A stretch of DNA of 62,632 bases, counting the filler, from Choristocarpus tenellus KU-1152 (lineage: Eukaryota; Protista; Phaeophyceae): assembly GCA_964200185.2 (NCBI GenBank). It is 8 parts of 8 records of this genome, joined end to end, with 100 filler letters (N's around TTAATTAATTAA, not from the genome) between each part and the next. Parts side by side here need not be neighbours in the genome. Positions count along the whole stretch, not along the records: positions 26,462 to 29,528 come from CAXNAD020022549.1; positions 29,629 to 37,695 come from CAXNAD020005203.1; positions 37,796 to 43,635 come from CAXNAD020009629.1; 5 more parts are not named here. One strand, given 5' to 3'. The position numbers and the translations under genes are program-made. Under the pieces are notes generated by a model that had not been told where the DNA came from, ran no database searches, and saw only the letters and a list, made by a program, of their open reading frames with translations. The first letter of the stretch is position 1. Each line of letters opens with the position of its first letter. Shown one piece after another: positions 26,531-39,533 of the stretch.

Positions 26531-28224
26531 ATACTACACCACCTATCCGAGAATTACCTTCCTTCAGATTAACCTGTTGTGACAATCCTATAGATACATG
26601 GTCATATTAGATACTCTGGTGTCTCACATGCAACAACCACAGGCTAATGCTGACTTTTCTGTGGCCAGGAAGTGGTACTGTTAGAATCCAAGCTCAAGTG
26701 ATCTTACCTGGTTTGAATGATGATGTCCTCAATGATCAACAAAGTAGGCAGATGGCTCCTGGATGAAAAGCAATAAGATATTTCGGATCAATTGACTTTG
26801 ACTTAGCTATAGTTTTGATTCACAATGTAATGTTTGAGACTGAGCCAAATCAAGAGTAAGGGCGGCTTGACTTGGCCTGAGAATTTGATACAAATCAAAA
26901 AAATAAAACGGCCAGAAAGTTCTACAGAACATGTGTTATACTTCAAGTTCATGAAGGCGTTCATGAAACCGCTGTCATATTAAATGCTCCCTTGTGGTAC
27001 CAATACTGCAGTGTGCATGTTACAGGCGAATAGCGCGAGCATTTCTTTCTGCATGCCAAAATGAGTGAACAGTATACAAACGTAAGAATCAAATAAGAGG
27101 AACTTTGAATGGATAGAAGATGTAGAGTAAGATTCGAAATGCATACATAACCTTACAGAATAGACGTCAATTCCTGAAAGTTGCAGAATAAAGATTTATG
27201 ATTGGAGTAATTACACAGCAGATTCCAGACATCATTAAACTCTTTGGCTGTAGAAAAACGGTGAATGATGTTAATAAAAGGCTGGGTTGCTGACCACACG
27301 ACTTAGTTCTTTGATCCTTACCCTCTTTTGATAAAGTGAAAAGCAAGGCATTGACTGAGCTAAGCATCAACTGACACCATACGTGGTCATCATCTGTGGA
27401 CCCCCGCGTAGCGTCGTTTTAAGGTCGTTGGATTTGAGTTGTATATCCTGTGGAGGTGAGCTCTGGGGCACGCTGTAACATATGTGCTGTAGGAGGAGGG
27501 GAAGCTCTGTCGCTTAGAAGCTACTGTGCTCCATCAGGCCCAGGAGAAAGGGCATAGTGGAGGGGTTGTGCCTGGTTAAGACCAATGGGGCTGTGATGAG
27601 GGGGGAAGAGGAGGGCACTCACCATGAGGCAGCTCACAGTGCTGAAAGGGCACTAGGAAGAAAGTTGCATAGGGTAGTGGGGTGGTCTGAGCTTGGGGAA
27701 GAAGAGGAGCTCCACCAGCCAGCAGTCTGGGTATTCTAGCTGTGCCAGAAGGAATGGCAAAGGATAGGGATGTGGCTGGGTAACAGGGATGAACTATGCC
27801 TGGGTAGAAGAGGTGGACTGTGCTGGAGGGGGTCTGCGCTTGCCTGCAAATTTCGATGATTGAGGTAACCATACATGTGTACGTAGCAGTGGAGTCCGTG
27901 GTATCTTTGGCCTTCAAATCGGACCACAGAGAAGTAATTAGTACCAGCAAGTACATGGCATATACTACGATGTAGTAAGGTGAACACATCACAGGCCAGG
28001 GACCTGCCAGATAGCATAAAACAAGTAGTCACACTCTGGGCCAACCATCTTCAAAAACTATTACCACTACAAGTAGAAGTTAGGATTGCCACGGAAGGGA
28101 GGGGCGCCTGAGGATTGTCTGAACCATCCACCACTTCATACCTAGGGATAGCTCCCAGTATCTTTGTTATTTCTATCCCCTCAATAACATGTAACAATTA
28201 TCGTTGGAGTACAGGCAAAGGAAA

Positions 28225-28405
28225 GGGTCAAAGTATCTGGGGGGGGGGGTAGCGGCTGTCCACTTGGGGCCAATTTTTTCATGTCGCGATTTTTGAGTGA
28301 TTTGGTTCAATACGTTGGATGGATAATGAAAGTGTACTTTTCCTGGTTTTGGTCCAAATGGACACTCTGGTGTAGACCCTCCCCCCCCCCCAGATACTTT
28401 GGGCC
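28225..28405 (-). mobile_element. MITE family 2 full copy
   Basis: Terminal inverted repeats GGGTCAAAGTATCTGGGG...CCCCAGATACTTTGGGCC. Confidence 0.88.
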
Positions 28406-28442
28406 AAAGGAGGGATGTCTGACAATGGATGATAGACATTCA

Positions 28443-28621
28443 GGTTCGAAGTATCTGGGGGAGGGTGGCGGCTGTCCATTTGGGGGCAATTTTTTCATAT
28501 TGCGATTTTTGGGCGATTTGGTTGAATATCTCGGATGGATAATGTAAGTGCACTTTCCCTGGCTTTGGTCCAAATGGACACCCTGGTATAGACAGCCCCC
28601 CCCCTCCAGATACTTTGGGTC
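28443..28621 (-). mobile_element. MITE family 2 full copy, 37 bp from the previous one
   Basis: GGTTCGAAGTATCTGGGG...TCCAGATACTTTGGGTC, colinear with 28225-28405. Confidence 0.88.
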
Positions 28622-29431
28622 ATCCACTGCTTCGCATGTACTAACAAACTATACCAGCACGTATATTTTTGGGGAGCCAAGTTTTAAAAACTCCATGACA
28701 TGTTTTCGTCACCATGTTCCAGATCTTTCCACGGCATATCCCTTTTTGCAGTGTAGCACAAAAGATAAAAACGTACGGTTCTACCTTCCAAATTCCCAAT
28801 GGACTTCTTACGAAGAAAAATTTCCTGGGAAGAAAAACTATCTCTACAATGGGTGAGGGTTAGAACCTTGGCATTCCTGTGATGGAATGAGGGTGCTCAA
28901 CCATTTAACTTTTATATATGCACGGAGAAGCAATATCCAACTGATAATATCAGGTGTTGCACAAATCAATTTCAGACAAATCAATGGCTGTTCCTGTCAC
29001 AAATCTGAGTTATGCATCCCAACACACATTCTCACAACAAGTCAAAGGTTAGGGCTTAAATCTTTCATTTGTGAATCCTATTTGTACCCATTCATATTTC
29101 TGAGAGTTGTGTGGAACAAACTTTTGGACAAGATGATGAGATGTTGAATCAACAGACTGTGATTTGTACAAGTTGTGTGTTGTAAGGACAAATCATTGCG
29201 GAAAGATTCAACTCAACGTATTCCTATCAAGGAACCATTTGTACAAGTTGTTTTCGCAGAGGATGAGTTGTACCAACAAATATTTGATTATCTTTTTGGA
29301 TGCAGTGGTACCGATATGGGAGCACCAAGCACTGATACACTGGCAATGTAGTGTTCATTGTTTTTTCCCCTGACACACCTGTACGGTGTCAGAGGGCATA
29401 ATAATAAAAATATATCGGCAAATCTGATCAA

Positions 29432-29528
29432 GACCCAAAGTATCTGTGGGGGGGGGAGGGGTCTGCACCAGGGTGTCCATTTGGCCCATAACCAGGAAAG
29501 GTGCACTTACATTATCCATCCGACGTAT
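29432..29528 (+). mobile_element. MITE family 2 partial copy at contig end; another stub at 7676-7694
   Basis: GACCCAAAGTATCTG...CACCAGGGTGTCCATTTGG...GTGCACTTACATTATCCATCC. Confidence 0.82.
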
Positions 29529-30722
29529 NNNNNNNNNNNNNNNNNNNNNNNNNNNNNNNNNNNNNNNNNNNNTTAATTAATTAANNNNNNNNNNNNNNNN
29601 NNNNNNNNNNNNNNNNNNNNNNNNNNNNGGGGAAAAAAACAAGTGTTGTGGGGTAAATGTGTCCGGGAGGAGAGAGAAAAGAAAAAAGAAAACACAACCA
29701 AGCCCCCCCCCCCCCCCCCCTCCCCCCCTCCATGGAGTAAGTGGGTTAGGATTGTATCAAGGTCTATGGTATGTATGGAATAATGCATTTTTCTGTGTAT
29801 GGATGCACTGGCAAAACCCTTCACACCTTTCCCTTGGTTTTCATTTTTGAAAAATTGATGCCTTGAGTTCATCTTCCTTTTTTTTCAAGACTCTTGTAGC
29901 CTTACAGGCATGCTGCGGTGATAATTTATATTGTTTTGCACTCACTCGGTTATCTCTCTATCCCTCTCGTCTATTGATTTTGTTCAAAAATCAGAATGAG
30001 AAATCTGCAGGGTTTTAATATGAGTTTTACAATGTATATATATATGTGTGTGTGTATTTTGACGTGATAAATCTTTACAAACACTGAAGTTGTTGCACGG
30101 TAATACATTTTTACGAACATGTTGGCATGCACTGTATTTTATTGTCTGCACAAATGTTGGGAATCTGGTCGAGTATGATCACTTCTTCTAGCAACAATAT
30201 TTTACCATGTGATAATATTGCTGTGGGTAATTTATGTGTTGTAGTGGGCACCTGTGGTGTAGTACATGAAAGTTAACAGGGCGAATATGTTGGTAATGAA
30301 CTCCAAATTCAACGGTGGCAGTTGGCGGTTTCCATGGGAAACACGAGCAATGTTTGCCTTAATGAGTTTTTCCTACCAAGCTCTATGCATACGTGATGCA
30401 CAGTGCTCCATGTTGCAAGCTCAATAGTTGAAATTATGCATTGTTACAGTTGAAAGATCTGAAGAGGTATGTGAGTCATACACCATAGTTGAAGGTTCTC
30501 TGTTTGAGGTGTACAGCGCATTTAGGTGCTGCTTTCTTTTTAGGGAGCTATGGCTCAGTGTGTATGTATGATAATTACAACTCTAGAGCATGCCCACAGG
30601 GCCCACTGTTAACTTAGGGTTATGCTTGTTGATGCGCTTGTGTATGTGTGCCTTATATGCCATTTCTGATTAATTACTGTCGCTGTGAAATGCATGGAAA
30701 ATCCTCGGCACCCCTGCTGCAG

Positions 30723-33700
30723 GAGCTTATGTAGGCAAAGATCTGGACTATTGGGGACTCCTCAAATGGAAGGATGAGACCAACAGGTTTGATGTACAAA
30801 TATGATTGTCTAGTCGAAGGTTGCTCTTCCTATTTTTTTGGTTTTGGTTCGCCAGCACTAATTCCCCTCCTGAAGTATCGTTTTTGGAAACGTGTTGATA
30901 GTGCAAGAAGATAAATACCAGTGTGTTTCGACCACAGTTAGGGACAGGGTTTGAGCATCATGAGGCGTTCTCTTTGTATAAAGGTGCATGGCCTGAGACG
31001 TTTTTTGTCCTGTTCTGTACTGAGGTGTAGGAGTTCTCTGAATAAATGTGGCTTGTGTCGAGGCGCTCCCCCTTTCCACTCTTTTTTTTTTTCATTTTTG
31101 GCATCGATGTTGGACGTTTGATATTGCCCACATTTACCGGTTTTCAGACTGGCAAGTGAAAGGTCTGGTTATATAATATGCCCAGACCTCTTGGTTTGCC
31201 AATCTAATTGAGCTTAAATCTGGTACGGGGGTCTGTTTGATCTGAGTGGAAGGTCCAGACATCTCCTGACTTGGTTACTGGTCTCAACTGAAAATGAATC
31301 GATAGATGTGTGCAGTATCATGTTGAAAGTTGGTGCCAAAAATGTGATTGCATGAGCTTTTTTTTTTTGTTGTTGCAATGTAAAAATGCTGGCTGATTGG
31401 GAGGGGGAGCTTGTGCGTGCCGCCCCATGGGGGAAAAAGTTCGACACGCAGACGCCCTTTGAAGGGTTAGGGCCATGTTGTCTGGGAACACGCAGGGTAT
31501 GATGTGATCGTGATGTGGTTAAAAAGGTTCTGGTGGAAAGTTACCAAGATTTTGAAGTCGATCGATTCTGTGTGATGTGGAACAAAGAATGCCTGAGTGG
31601 GCCAAGCATTTTTTTCTGTCTGCAACTGGCGTTTAAATTGTGGATGCTAGCCAGAAATGTGAAAAAAGTCAACTGTTCGAAATAGCATTTTCCCCCTCTC
31701 TTGTGTCACCTGTTGAACCTCGCCATGATCCGGTGATGCCACAGGTTATAACGCCTTTAATGTTTTGAGTTTTTAATGTGAGAGCAGAAGTGTTGTCTCA
31801 GGTATGCGAACATGCTCAAAAGTAGAGGACCGGGTATCAAATCAGCCTGGCCACTGTTGTATATCACGATATTCTTGACAGTGATTTGTTTACAGTCGCA
31901 TGCATAAAACCATTGTTTTGGCACTCCATGTTGAGGACTGATGTTTACTTTTTTGTGAGAGGGGTAGTTTAAAAAAAAATAATGTAAGAGGTGCGCTCAG
32001 ACTGTGTTTCGCACATAGGGTGTCTGTTCTAAGTTGGTGAGAGGGAAAGGAAATTAGTGAAGTTGATTTGAAGTTTTGAAGGAAGGGCTAGGGACAGGGT
32101 TGAAAAAGAAAATATCTAACAAAGGTTAGGGATATGCAGGTGTGAGAGTCTTGTTGAGAGTTTGGGGTAGAAGAACGCTTCCATATAGTAGGAGTTTTTT
32201 TGTTTGTTGAAAGCGTGTATAACGACTGAGGATAGATTTGGTTTTGGAGGGATCTCACAGGTCTTAGGTGGGCGTATTTGATGCTGAAGGGGACTGTTCT
32301 CTGTGCTTGCAAATGAGACTATGTTATGCTCACTGCACTGGTAGAGGTGAGTGAGTCGGGTACAGACCCCGGTTCTGTTAATTTCTTGCTGTAAGAAACC
32401 CATGGATGACTCGATGCTCAACAGTGAGTTTGAAAAAGTGTGTTTTTGACAATTGCACCAGGTTTGCTGCTTTTTTCACCATGTTTTATACCAGTGTACC
32501 ATTTGGTCCAATGTTTATGTCAGTAGCCCCTGCTGCAGCCTGGAAAAAAGATAGGCAGTGCTCGATAGGGGCATGGGTGAGAAGGAGATGTTGTGATTCA
32601 CTGTGTCTGATCATCTTTGATGCCCTTACTTTTTTTTCTCTTTATTAATGAAAACAATATTGGTAACTGCTTTTGTGGTAGGTGTCCTCCATAAATCCAA
32701 GGGTTTCACCTCTTGACAATTGAGTACGAACACCCCCAAATGTTACTATTTTTCATCACCATTCTGTGCAAACCAACAATGTAGACCCCTGTGAATCTAT
32801 CTCATTATTTTGCGCTATTCTATCCATCAGGCTAAGCCTAGTGTGAGACCTCTAAGTTTGTGTCTGGAATAGTCTAATTTTCTGCTTGCTGTGATGGCAA
32901 GGTTTATTGTTTTATTACTCTGGTGCAGCATAACATGTAGTAAAATGGTAAATATATTACTTCTAGTGATGCAACAGTAAGCTGGGGTTTACATTTATTT
33001 TTTACTGAACCAGTACACTTTGTCGTGGGGGCAAAAGACACAACCCTAACCCTAACCCTAACCCTTTCAACTGTGGTGTTGTAATAGTTTTTTTTTTACA
33101 AGTAGTTTCTTATGAGGGGATGAAGGCAGTCATATAATGAAATCACTGACTGGGTGCCCTTAGGGGAACTATCTATCTAGTCAAGGTCATTTGTTGTGTA
33201 TCTTTGCATTTTTGTCATTGTCATGTGTTATGGTGACTCATCGTCACGCATTGCACCAGTGTTCTACTATTACACGGGTTGGTGCCTACTGATATTAATA
33301 AAAGCGAAAAAATATAAGTTGCAAATCAGCCAGGTTTAGGGAATACATTGTTTGAGCTGGTTGAGTGAGCTCTAGCTGGGTAGGTCCAACGAACTGGTCA
33401 CATTTTCGTTTGTCTCTTGTCTGTGTTAGTGTTAAGGTTAGCGTTAGGGTTAGCAGTGAGGTTGTAAGGAAACACACCTTGTTGGTGGTGAGCAAGTGAG
33501 GGGCTCTGTTTTAGAGGGAAAGTAACTCTTGTGAGAGGGGTGCGCATGCTTTGGCCGTTTTGAGTTTGAAGGGTTAGGGTTTTCAACTTGAAAAATGATA
33601 TATAAAAGGTATTTGAAAACGAGCGTTGATAGGGATAAATTGCTTCTTCAAACTGAATTGACTCACCGAACAGCCAATATACACTCCAGAGTTGTGGACT

Positions 33701-36700
33701 GTTGTGCTCCAAAAATGTGTGCCATTGGAAAGTCGGAGGGTCCCTTAAAACCTCAACACTCAATTACAACTGTCTCTGTTACTGTGGCTTGGAGGCAACA
33801 CTCTTTTTTTAGCTGGGGTCCCTAGGTTTGATACTCCTGCTTCGTTTAATAAGAAATACATATAAACTAGCCCGCAGCAGCGAAAAAGACCAGTGTGGCA
33901 TCAGAGATAAAATTTCCTATCTTTGGTTTGTGAGGAGTCAAAGTATCTTAGAGGGTAGAGTCGTGTCCGTTTGGGGGTCAACATCCAATGTTGCGATTTT
34001 GATGTAATTTTGGCTATCGTGCTTGTTTGGAAATGTCAGTATCCTTGTTCCGGACACACCTTTTCATAACATACATACATTATACCTGCTCAGAAACACT
34101 TCGGAGTAGAAAAATGCCACAGAAAACCTGTTGGAAGCCATGCCCTGAACGGATAAACAGGGCAAAACTCCTACCCTCTTAAGATACTTTCACTCTGAGG
34201 GTAGTTGCAAGCAGAGTAATCAGAAAAGAAGCTACTCTTCAATTTTTGTATTCGAAGGTATGTATGAATAGAACCTCGATTGATTGGATGCAGCTGAATA
34301 TATGTAAGGTGTTACAACTCACTCCATGTAGTCTTACTGCTATTACATTAGAACAACATGGTGGTTCGAAGGAAACACATTTTTTTTCTTTGTTTTTGAT
34401 ACACATAATTCAGTTCTATTCAAAATCTTCCTAGTTGGTCAGCTCCATCCAACCCGCCAAGCCGTTGGCAAGAAATTGTCATGCCATACTTCCTGGGACA
34501 GCTTCCTGGTACCATGCCCAGGACTGTTCCTGGTACAGTTCCTGAACAGTTCTTTTGGTATCTTTCCTAGTACAGTAGTTCTGCCTTGGTGCAAGTTCTG
34601 AGCAAGAAGTGAGGGCCAGTTGTTGGACTTACAGAGTCAGTATATGTTGCGAATGGTGATTGAAACCTATCCCAAAGGAGGTGAAAAAATGATAGCAGTT
34701 TTGAAGCTAAGGTGTCTTTTTTTTGTTCCTCTTTATTTGAATGTAAGGTGACATAGGTTTGGAGTGACATCATCTCAACCGAATGGGTGTCGTTCGTAGA
34801 GAGTGAATACAGTGAAGTGCAACGTCCTGCCATTGTTTTTCTTTTTTTTACTGGTTGGCATACGCTTAGAACAGTAGTGTGCTGACTGTCCCCCCTCCAT
34901 CCCCCCTCCCAATAAAAATGCATTTAGGTGCACTTGCAACTAAGTCTGGTGCACATTGACCTTGAGAAAAGTTCCTTTTTTTTTTGGATTATTTCCGATT
35001 GCTTCCCTTTCCTCTTCATTTTATTCAGTGATGAGGAATCAGTGTTTGGAATGTGGTTGTGAGGTTGTAATTTCTCGGCTAGATGACTCTTCTCTACTGA
35101 TTTTTTTATTGTTGGTTTTGTGCTTCAAATCACTGCTGCGGCTATGCGCCGTTTGGGTGTCCATGGGCTAGGGGGAAGGCTTAGAGTCAAGTTCAAGGCT
35201 AGAGTTGGGGTGAGAGGGTGCTGCTTTTGGTTGGAATCGACCCATGTACTATTGTTGTTATTGAGGAAAATACCTACTTTGTGTTGTGCATTAATAGGCT
35301 ATTATGATTATCTGGCGTAGTCGGCTTGAGTAGATTGAATAACTATTGAAGCAAAAATATGGTGCAGCATGCAAGAGAGGCAGGCTGGACAAGTATTCTG
35401 GTGATATCGCCTGCTTTCTTCCCATTACCAGGCACACACACTCATGGGCTTGTGATGCTTGACACTTCAATTTTTATTTAATAAAATATGGAGGATTGGT
35501 CTGAAATGTAGTGAAGGGGGTAAATTGTGCTTGTGTTAGTTGTGCCGTTGGGAATTACAATTATTACTATATTATTATTATTATTATTATTATTTTATTT
35601 CAAGTATTATTGTTACTGATATTATTATTGCCATCATCCTCCTGGTGCACACGTGGCAGATGAACTGATGCCGTGCTCGTGATGTCGGTACTCATCCCTG
35701 GTGTAGTTGGAGCACCCAGGCTTTCTCGCGGTTTGAGAGTGATGGTTCTTGTGTGTAGACCTATGGACAACTTGCAGCCCAAAATAGAAAAGTGATTGGC
35801 TGGTGGGGTTTTTGGTTCTGATCTTGATTGTGGTCTTGTTAACTTGAACTGTAGTGATTTACTTCCTCAGTTTAGCATCAGTTCGAACTGTTTGCAGGGC
35901 AGGCCATAAATGCACAGGGTAGCATCAGATCTGCACTTTTTTTTGTGGGAGTCTTGCAAGAACTAATTGTGAGGTTATTGTAAAATATGAGTGAAATTTG
36001 ATTTAGTCGACCTATTCCATGCCGCCCACTCTGAAATTGTAAGAAACGCCTTCCTGAGATATTTTTTCTGCCCTGCAAACTGCTTGAACAGATGCTGAAC
36101 AGGGGGAGTAATGGCCGTTTTGTTCTTTTTATTTGTTTCTTTTGCCTCTGTGAGGTGCCGCACTTCAATCCTCTGGAAATCATTGACATGCATGGGCTTC
36201 ACTCATGTATGGATGTGTGTGTGCCTTGCCATATTGATTAATGACACATGTGTCAAGTCTTTTAAATCGAAATATGAGATGTGGTAGTGTGGTTGTAGCC
36301 GTTGCAATGCTTCCAAAATACTGTAATGGGAAACAACCACCATCCCTAACTCCCCCCTCCCCTCGAAATTCGTTCAATCCAAGTACATTCAATCCACAAA
36401 TTGCCAGTGTCGTACCCCAAAACTGTAGCAGTGCTCCCTTCAGGAACGCCTTCCCTGCACGAAAGTCCCTGACCTCATTACCCCCTGCTCCCCCCCCCCC
36501 CCCCTCTTCTACTAACAATCTGTTCTCTTGCTGCTGATTGATAGCCATGAGGTGTTGGTAATGACTCCGAATGCGCTTCTCAATCTCCTACACCGGGGTC
36601 GTGAGTACCTGGGCCTAGAGGATGTTGGTGTGCTGATATTTGATGAGTGTCACCAGGCAAGGAAGAAGCACCCATATGCTCGCATCATGGCGTTCTACAA

Positions 36701-36734
36701 GGAACTGGTCAGGGAGGGGAAGGAGAGACCCAAG
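30723..36734 (+). CDS. Dicer-like DExD/H helicase domain, two internal exons (partial gene)
   Basis: Exons 30723-30786 and 36545-36734 splice in phase to AYVGKDLDYWGLLKWKDETNSHEVLVMTPNALLNLLHRGREYLGLEDVGVLIFDECHQARKKHPYARIMAFY. The VLVMT, IFDECH and HPY motifs are typical of Dicer helicases. No other exons were found on this contig. Confidence 0.82.
33043..33064. repeat. Interstitial telomere-like (CCCTAA)n tract
   Basis: AACCCTAACCCTAACCCTAACCCT. Similar tracts near 20001-20056, 25890, 33424-33453 and 37005. Confidence 0.8.
33935..34195 (+). mobile_element. MITE family 1 copy in the Dicer-like intron, TSD TGAG
   Basis: TGAG|GAGTCAAAGTATCTTAGAGGGTAG...AAGATACTTTCACTC|TGAG. Confidence 0.92.
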
Positions 36735-37656
36735 GTGAAAGATTGAAAAAAGTACTATGAGTGCATGTGTGTGCCATGATTGGCACTAGGGTTGTGGCGA
36801 GGATCGGTGCTGGGCATGTTGTTCTCTAGGAGACTGTCATGGAGGGGTAAAGAGAGATCTAAGGCAAATAATGTGGGATGCGTGTGTGGAGTGTGATTGG
36901 GGCCTGAGATTGGGTTTGGAGTTAGGGTGGGGCATGTTATTTTACAAGGGGGTGTTTGGTGGGGGATAGAGGGAAGAAGGTGCTGAGGTCAAAAGGTGTG
37001 GTCAGGTTTAGGGTTAGGGCTGGTATGTTGTTTGTCAAGGGGGGGGGAGGGGGAGGGGAGAGATGACTGGGGTTGAATATGCAGAAGAATGTTTTGTAGT
37101 GGTTGTTGTAAGCATGCACAGATTGGATGACTCCAGACTCTATTGCTCAAACTCCATAGGACCAATATGGTTGCTACAGGTTGTCATGGGGAAGCTGACA
37201 GTGGCCGAGAGCTGTTGTTCAGAGCAACATTAGTTATGACCTGATCTTTGTGGAGAAAGAGGATTTTCACAGTAATCTGTGGCTTCTTAACTTTTTTTTT
37301 CCCTTCTGAAACGCGTCTCGCATGGGAGATTGTTGAACCAGTCTCCTGCATGAACAAAAATGGTAGAAAAAGACCTTCCAATAATATCTTCACATGAGCG
37401 TTTTTGTGATTGTCTCTTAATATGTTCTTTTTTCTGAAATATGTATTCTATGTCGGGACAATCTTGATTTGGATCTGAGTTCATTTTTTTTTTCTGAATT
37501 GTTGTCGACGAGATTGGTGCTTAGCAATAGTGGACTGGTTACACAAGAACAACTTCAGAGAAGATGACTGGATAAATATTTACATGTAATCGGTTTTGAC
37601 GACTGACCTCGAGCTTTGCAATAGTATTTTGGCTGATGATGTGTGAGACATCACCT

Positions 37657-37695
37657 GAGCCAAAGTATCTTAGAGGGTACAGCCGCGTCCATTTG
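37657..37695 (+). mobile_element. MITE family 1 left end truncated by linker
   Basis: GAGCCAAAGTATCTTAGAGGGTACAGCCGCGTCCATTTG. Confidence 0.85.
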
Positions 37696-37860
37696 NNNNN
37701 NNNNNNNNNNNNNNNNNNNNNNNNNNNNNNNNNNNNNNNTTAATTAATTAANNNNNNNNNNNNNNNNNNNNNNNNNNNNNNNNNNNNNNNNNNNNGGGGG
37801 GGGTCGGCGTCCGTTTTTCACTCTCTTTCGGTTTTTCCCTTTTCGGTGTGATTTCGCCAA

Positions 37861-38017
37861 ATCAAAGTATCTTGGGGGAGGGAGTGGTTTGTGAGGGGGC
37901 GTCCATTTCGGTCAAACATCTCTTTTTTTGCTGACATTTCAAGTCCGACACGTGCGACCAAATCACACGAAAAAAGTGACCAGTCGCACGTGTCGGATTT
38001 GAGATGTCAGCAAAAAA
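37861..38017 (+). mobile_element. MITE family 3 (foldback) copy with central 35-bp hairpin
   Basis: TCAAAGTATCTTGGGG arm. 37924-37958 pairs with 37983-38017. Confidence 0.78.
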
Positions 38018-38464
38018 TGACTGTTGGTTAGGTTCGTTTCTGTCCTTGTGTAGTAGGTATAACACGGGGATCTATGCTATCATTTGATAATCGGGTTTTG
38101 ATTGGGGGAGGAGTTTGTACGTTTGCATGTGTCAGATGTCGACTATATGTTGAAAAAGGTCTATTGGTTTATTTGTGTGTTGGTTGCGCAGTTATATTCT
38201 GAAGAAGAAGAGGTGTACTTGGGAGGCTGTTCCTTTTTTTTGTGTATGACTTGGGGATTTTGTTAGCACCCAAAGAGGGTTGCCAGTTAGGGTTAGGTTT
38301 GGCCGTTGTTTACGAGGAATTACAAAAAATGATTTTGTCTGCTTCGGGGTTGCTCTGTGTTCGTTGGTTTGTTTGCATTGGTTGTTTATGAAACACGATC
38401 ACATAAAGGATTGTTTGGGTGTGTTCTCTCCACGTGGGCACGACGAACCAAAACATATGGATAT

Positions 38465-38732
38465 AAAGTGTCCAAGAGGATTAAAACAAATGTCCAAATT
38501 GGGACCAAAAACACCATTTTTGATATATTTTGGTGTGTATATTTGGCTATTTCGTGTGTATATGTTAGCAAGTTTCAGTATCGTTCTTCTGGACGCACTT
38601 TTTTCTTAACGCATGTATGTTCGTAGTTAAGAGAACGTTTCGGAGTAAGTAAACGTCATAAGAAAGGCGTTGGAAGTCAAGCACTAAAGGGACAAGCAGG
38701 GAAAAATTAGTGCTTTTTAAGACACCTTCACA
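38465..38732 (+). mobile_element. Highly degenerate MITE family 1 copy
   Basis: Colinear remnants: GTCCAAATTGGGACCAAAA, TTTGGCTAT, TTCGGAGTAAG, CAGGGAAAAATT, AAGACACCTTCAC. Confidence 0.55.
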
Positions 38733-39533
38733 CCCTGTTTGTAGTTGGACCGTTTAAGTCTATGACTTCTATTCGTTTGTGTGCGTGTGTGTTGGATGTA
38801 GTATGCAGTAAGACGTAGTTGTTGTCGCTGACGGTGTTAGGGTTGAAGCTGTTGGTATGAGGCACGGCAAAAGGTGTCGACGGAATACTTAGTGTGTACG
38901 AGTGCTTATTGGTCAAATAATGGTTTGTCGTACGTTCTGAGGAACGTAGCTTGAGGTATACTTCTTCCACAGGTTCTGGGCTGGTGCTTTGGTCAGGGCA
39001 TCGTGGGTGAATTTAGGCATATGATTCCCTACGATTGGAATTACTACACTTGATAGAAACTAGTTCGTCGACAGTTGGGCAAAGGAAGAGGTGGTGCACA
39101 CAGTATTGAAAAGAATAGGGGGAGGGTGCGTGATCGTGTACAACGAAAAACAAGGGTTCCCTGAACGAAATGGTATTCATCGCTGCCCTTGGCGAAAATC
39201 ATTTGGGAAGGCTAGCCAGGCGGACGGAGAAGAATTGTTTGATCGGTGTATTATATTTTAGGGATGTAACATTGCAGCAGACATGCTTTTTAAAACAAAT
39301 GATAAGACAGATCTGATCCTCATCGTGAGTATAACATATGATACGCTAACGACTCTGTGACTGGTCGCTGCTGCTACGTATATTTTGCTCCACTATCTAA
39401 ATGCATAACTTGTGGGATGCAAAGTGCATGAACATCAGACTCTAACACCATGGAACGATATACACCTACATTACTCTGCACAATCTGCAACTCTATACCC
39501 GTACTTGAACAGAACACCAGAACGACAAAAGCC

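Noticed and set aside
27493-27860. Purine-rich stretch as a continuation of ZNF598 or an upstream Dicer exon
   Set aside because: It lies on a different contig, has stops in all plus frames and shows no helicase motif.
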